Positions 62,817 through 64,000 of a DNA stretch of 64,000 nt are shown here, one piece after another. The position numbers and the translations under genes are program-made. This stretch comes from an uncultured Acidobacteriota bacterium (lineage in GTDB: Bacteria > Acidobacteriota > UBA4820 > DSQY01), in assembly GCA_963772255.1 (NCBI GenBank), contig CAVYWK010000024.1:340992-404991 (forward strand), in the 5' to 3' direction. How positions within the stretch are numbered: position 1 is the stretch's first letter; each line of letters starts with the position of its first letter. Below the pieces are notes generated by a model that saw only the letters and a list, made by a program, of their open reading frames with translations, had not been told where the DNA came from and did not search any database.

Positions 62817-64000
62817 ATGCCGCTGATTTTGATCGACGACCGGGAGATCGAGGCCAAGGAAGGCGAGAGCCTCCTCCGGATATGCCTGAACAACGGCATT
62901 CCGGTGCCCTACTACTGCTGGCACCCGGCGCTCTCCGTAGTGGGTCAGTGCCGCATGTGCCTCGTGGGCGTGAAGGGGGTTCCCAAGCCCCTCACCGCGT
63001 GCTCGACGAACGTGACGACGCTGCCGCCCGACCGGAAGGTCGACGGCAAGTACGACATGGTGGTGGACACGAAGAGTCCCGCCGTAAAGAAGGACCAGCG
63101 CGCCATCATGGAGTTCCTCCTGCTCAACCATCCCCTCGATTGTCCCATCTGCGACCAGGCGGGCGAATGCGAGCTGCAGGAGTTTTCCTACACCTACGGC
63201 AACGCCGTCCAGCCGCTTCGATTTCGAGAAGGAGCACGCCCCCAAGCGCGTGGACATGGGTCCCCACGTGATCTACGATGCGGAGCGCTGCATCAAGTGC
63301 ACGCGGTGCATCCGCTTCTGCAACGAGATCACGGGCACCGGCGAGCTGACCCTGGTGGAGCGCGGCGTTCACACCATCGTGGACACCTTCCCGGGGCGTG
63401 ACCTGGACAACGACTACTCGGTCTGCACGGTGGATGTCTGCCCCGTGGGCGCCCTCACGAGCAAGGAATTCCGATTCAAACAGCGGGTCTGGTTCCTCAC
63501 GTCCAGCAACTCCGTGTGCCAGGAGTGCGCCAGAGGTTGCAGCGTTCGCGTGGATACCTACAAGGGAGAGATCCTGCGCCTCGTGCCGCGGGACAACCCG
63601 ATGGTGAACGGGCCGTGGATGTGCGACTACGGCCGCCTCGTCTCCGAGCGGCTGAAGGAGACGACGGTTCTGGCCCGGCCCAAGGTCAGGCAGGACGGGA
63701 AGCCTTCGCCCGTGGCCTGGCCCATGGCCGCCGATGTGCTAAAGGAAAAGCTCGGGAAATACGGGGGCGAGAAGTCCAAGGATCTGGCGCTCGTGTGGTC
63801 GGGCCGCATGACCCTCGAGGAGATGGCGGCGGCCAAGTCCCTGTCCGCGGGCCTCTTCGGAGGGAGCCAAGGTATCGCTCCGATGGTTTGCCAGGGCGAG
63901 GACGACGCCCTCCTCATCCGCAGGGAGCGCCGGCCCAACCTCAAGGGCGCGGCCCTGCTGGGCATGCCCGTGTCCCAGGAGGGCTCGCCGTTCTCCTCCC
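62817..64000 (+). CDS. nuoG: NADH-quinone oxidoreductase subunit G, N-terminal part (frame disrupted near 63210; continues beyond window)
   Basis: GAGG-N5-ATG at 62817. 2Fe-2S region CWHPALSVVGQCRMC and HPLDCPICDQAGECELQ. After a +1 shift: SRFDFEKEHAPKRV...CIKCTRCIRFC...CPVGALT. Open to base 64000. Confidence 0.9.

Overview
GC-rich bacterial chromosomal window, roughly two-thirds G+C by eye, with diderm-type gene content. The phylum cannot be determined from the sequence alone.

**Layout**
- **1-22.5 kb, housekeeping genes:** a zinc-ribbon protein fragment, DUF507, metG, an ECF sigma/anti-sigma/secreted-protein operon, two radical-SAM proteins, an MDR oxidoreductase, pstSCAB-phoU, tRNA-Leu(CAG), two orphan Opp/Dpp-type ABC ATPases, a POT peptide permease, a cytochrome c and a PHP phosphoesterase.
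- **22.9-57.5 kb, the notable region:** nine same-strand genes (G1-G9) for very large Sec-secreted multidomain proteins.
  - G5 and G9 are S8 subtilases. G6-G8 share an unrecognised ~550-aa N-terminal domain. G4 is Kelch-like. G1-G3 carry jelly-roll domains.
  - All nine end in the same ~105-aa Cys-containing C-terminal domain, which I cannot assign to any known sorting or anchor domain.
  - That domain is almost always preceded by a Cys-bracketed He_PIG-type Ig domain.
  - Eight of the nine genes are followed by a terminator built on the same conserved stem. In G1-G3 and G6-G9 an additional small hairpin precedes it.
- **57.8-64 kb:** nuoA-G (complex I), with two copies of a MITE-like element in its intergenic spacers.

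Nearly every intergenic spacer carries short 7-8-nt tandem arrays.

**Caveat:** about 19 reading-frame disruptions are visible, mostly +1 shifts. They include essential genes (pstB, nuoF, nuoG), so most are probably assembly indel errors rather than real pseudogenes. Merged gene coordinates are given with that in mind.
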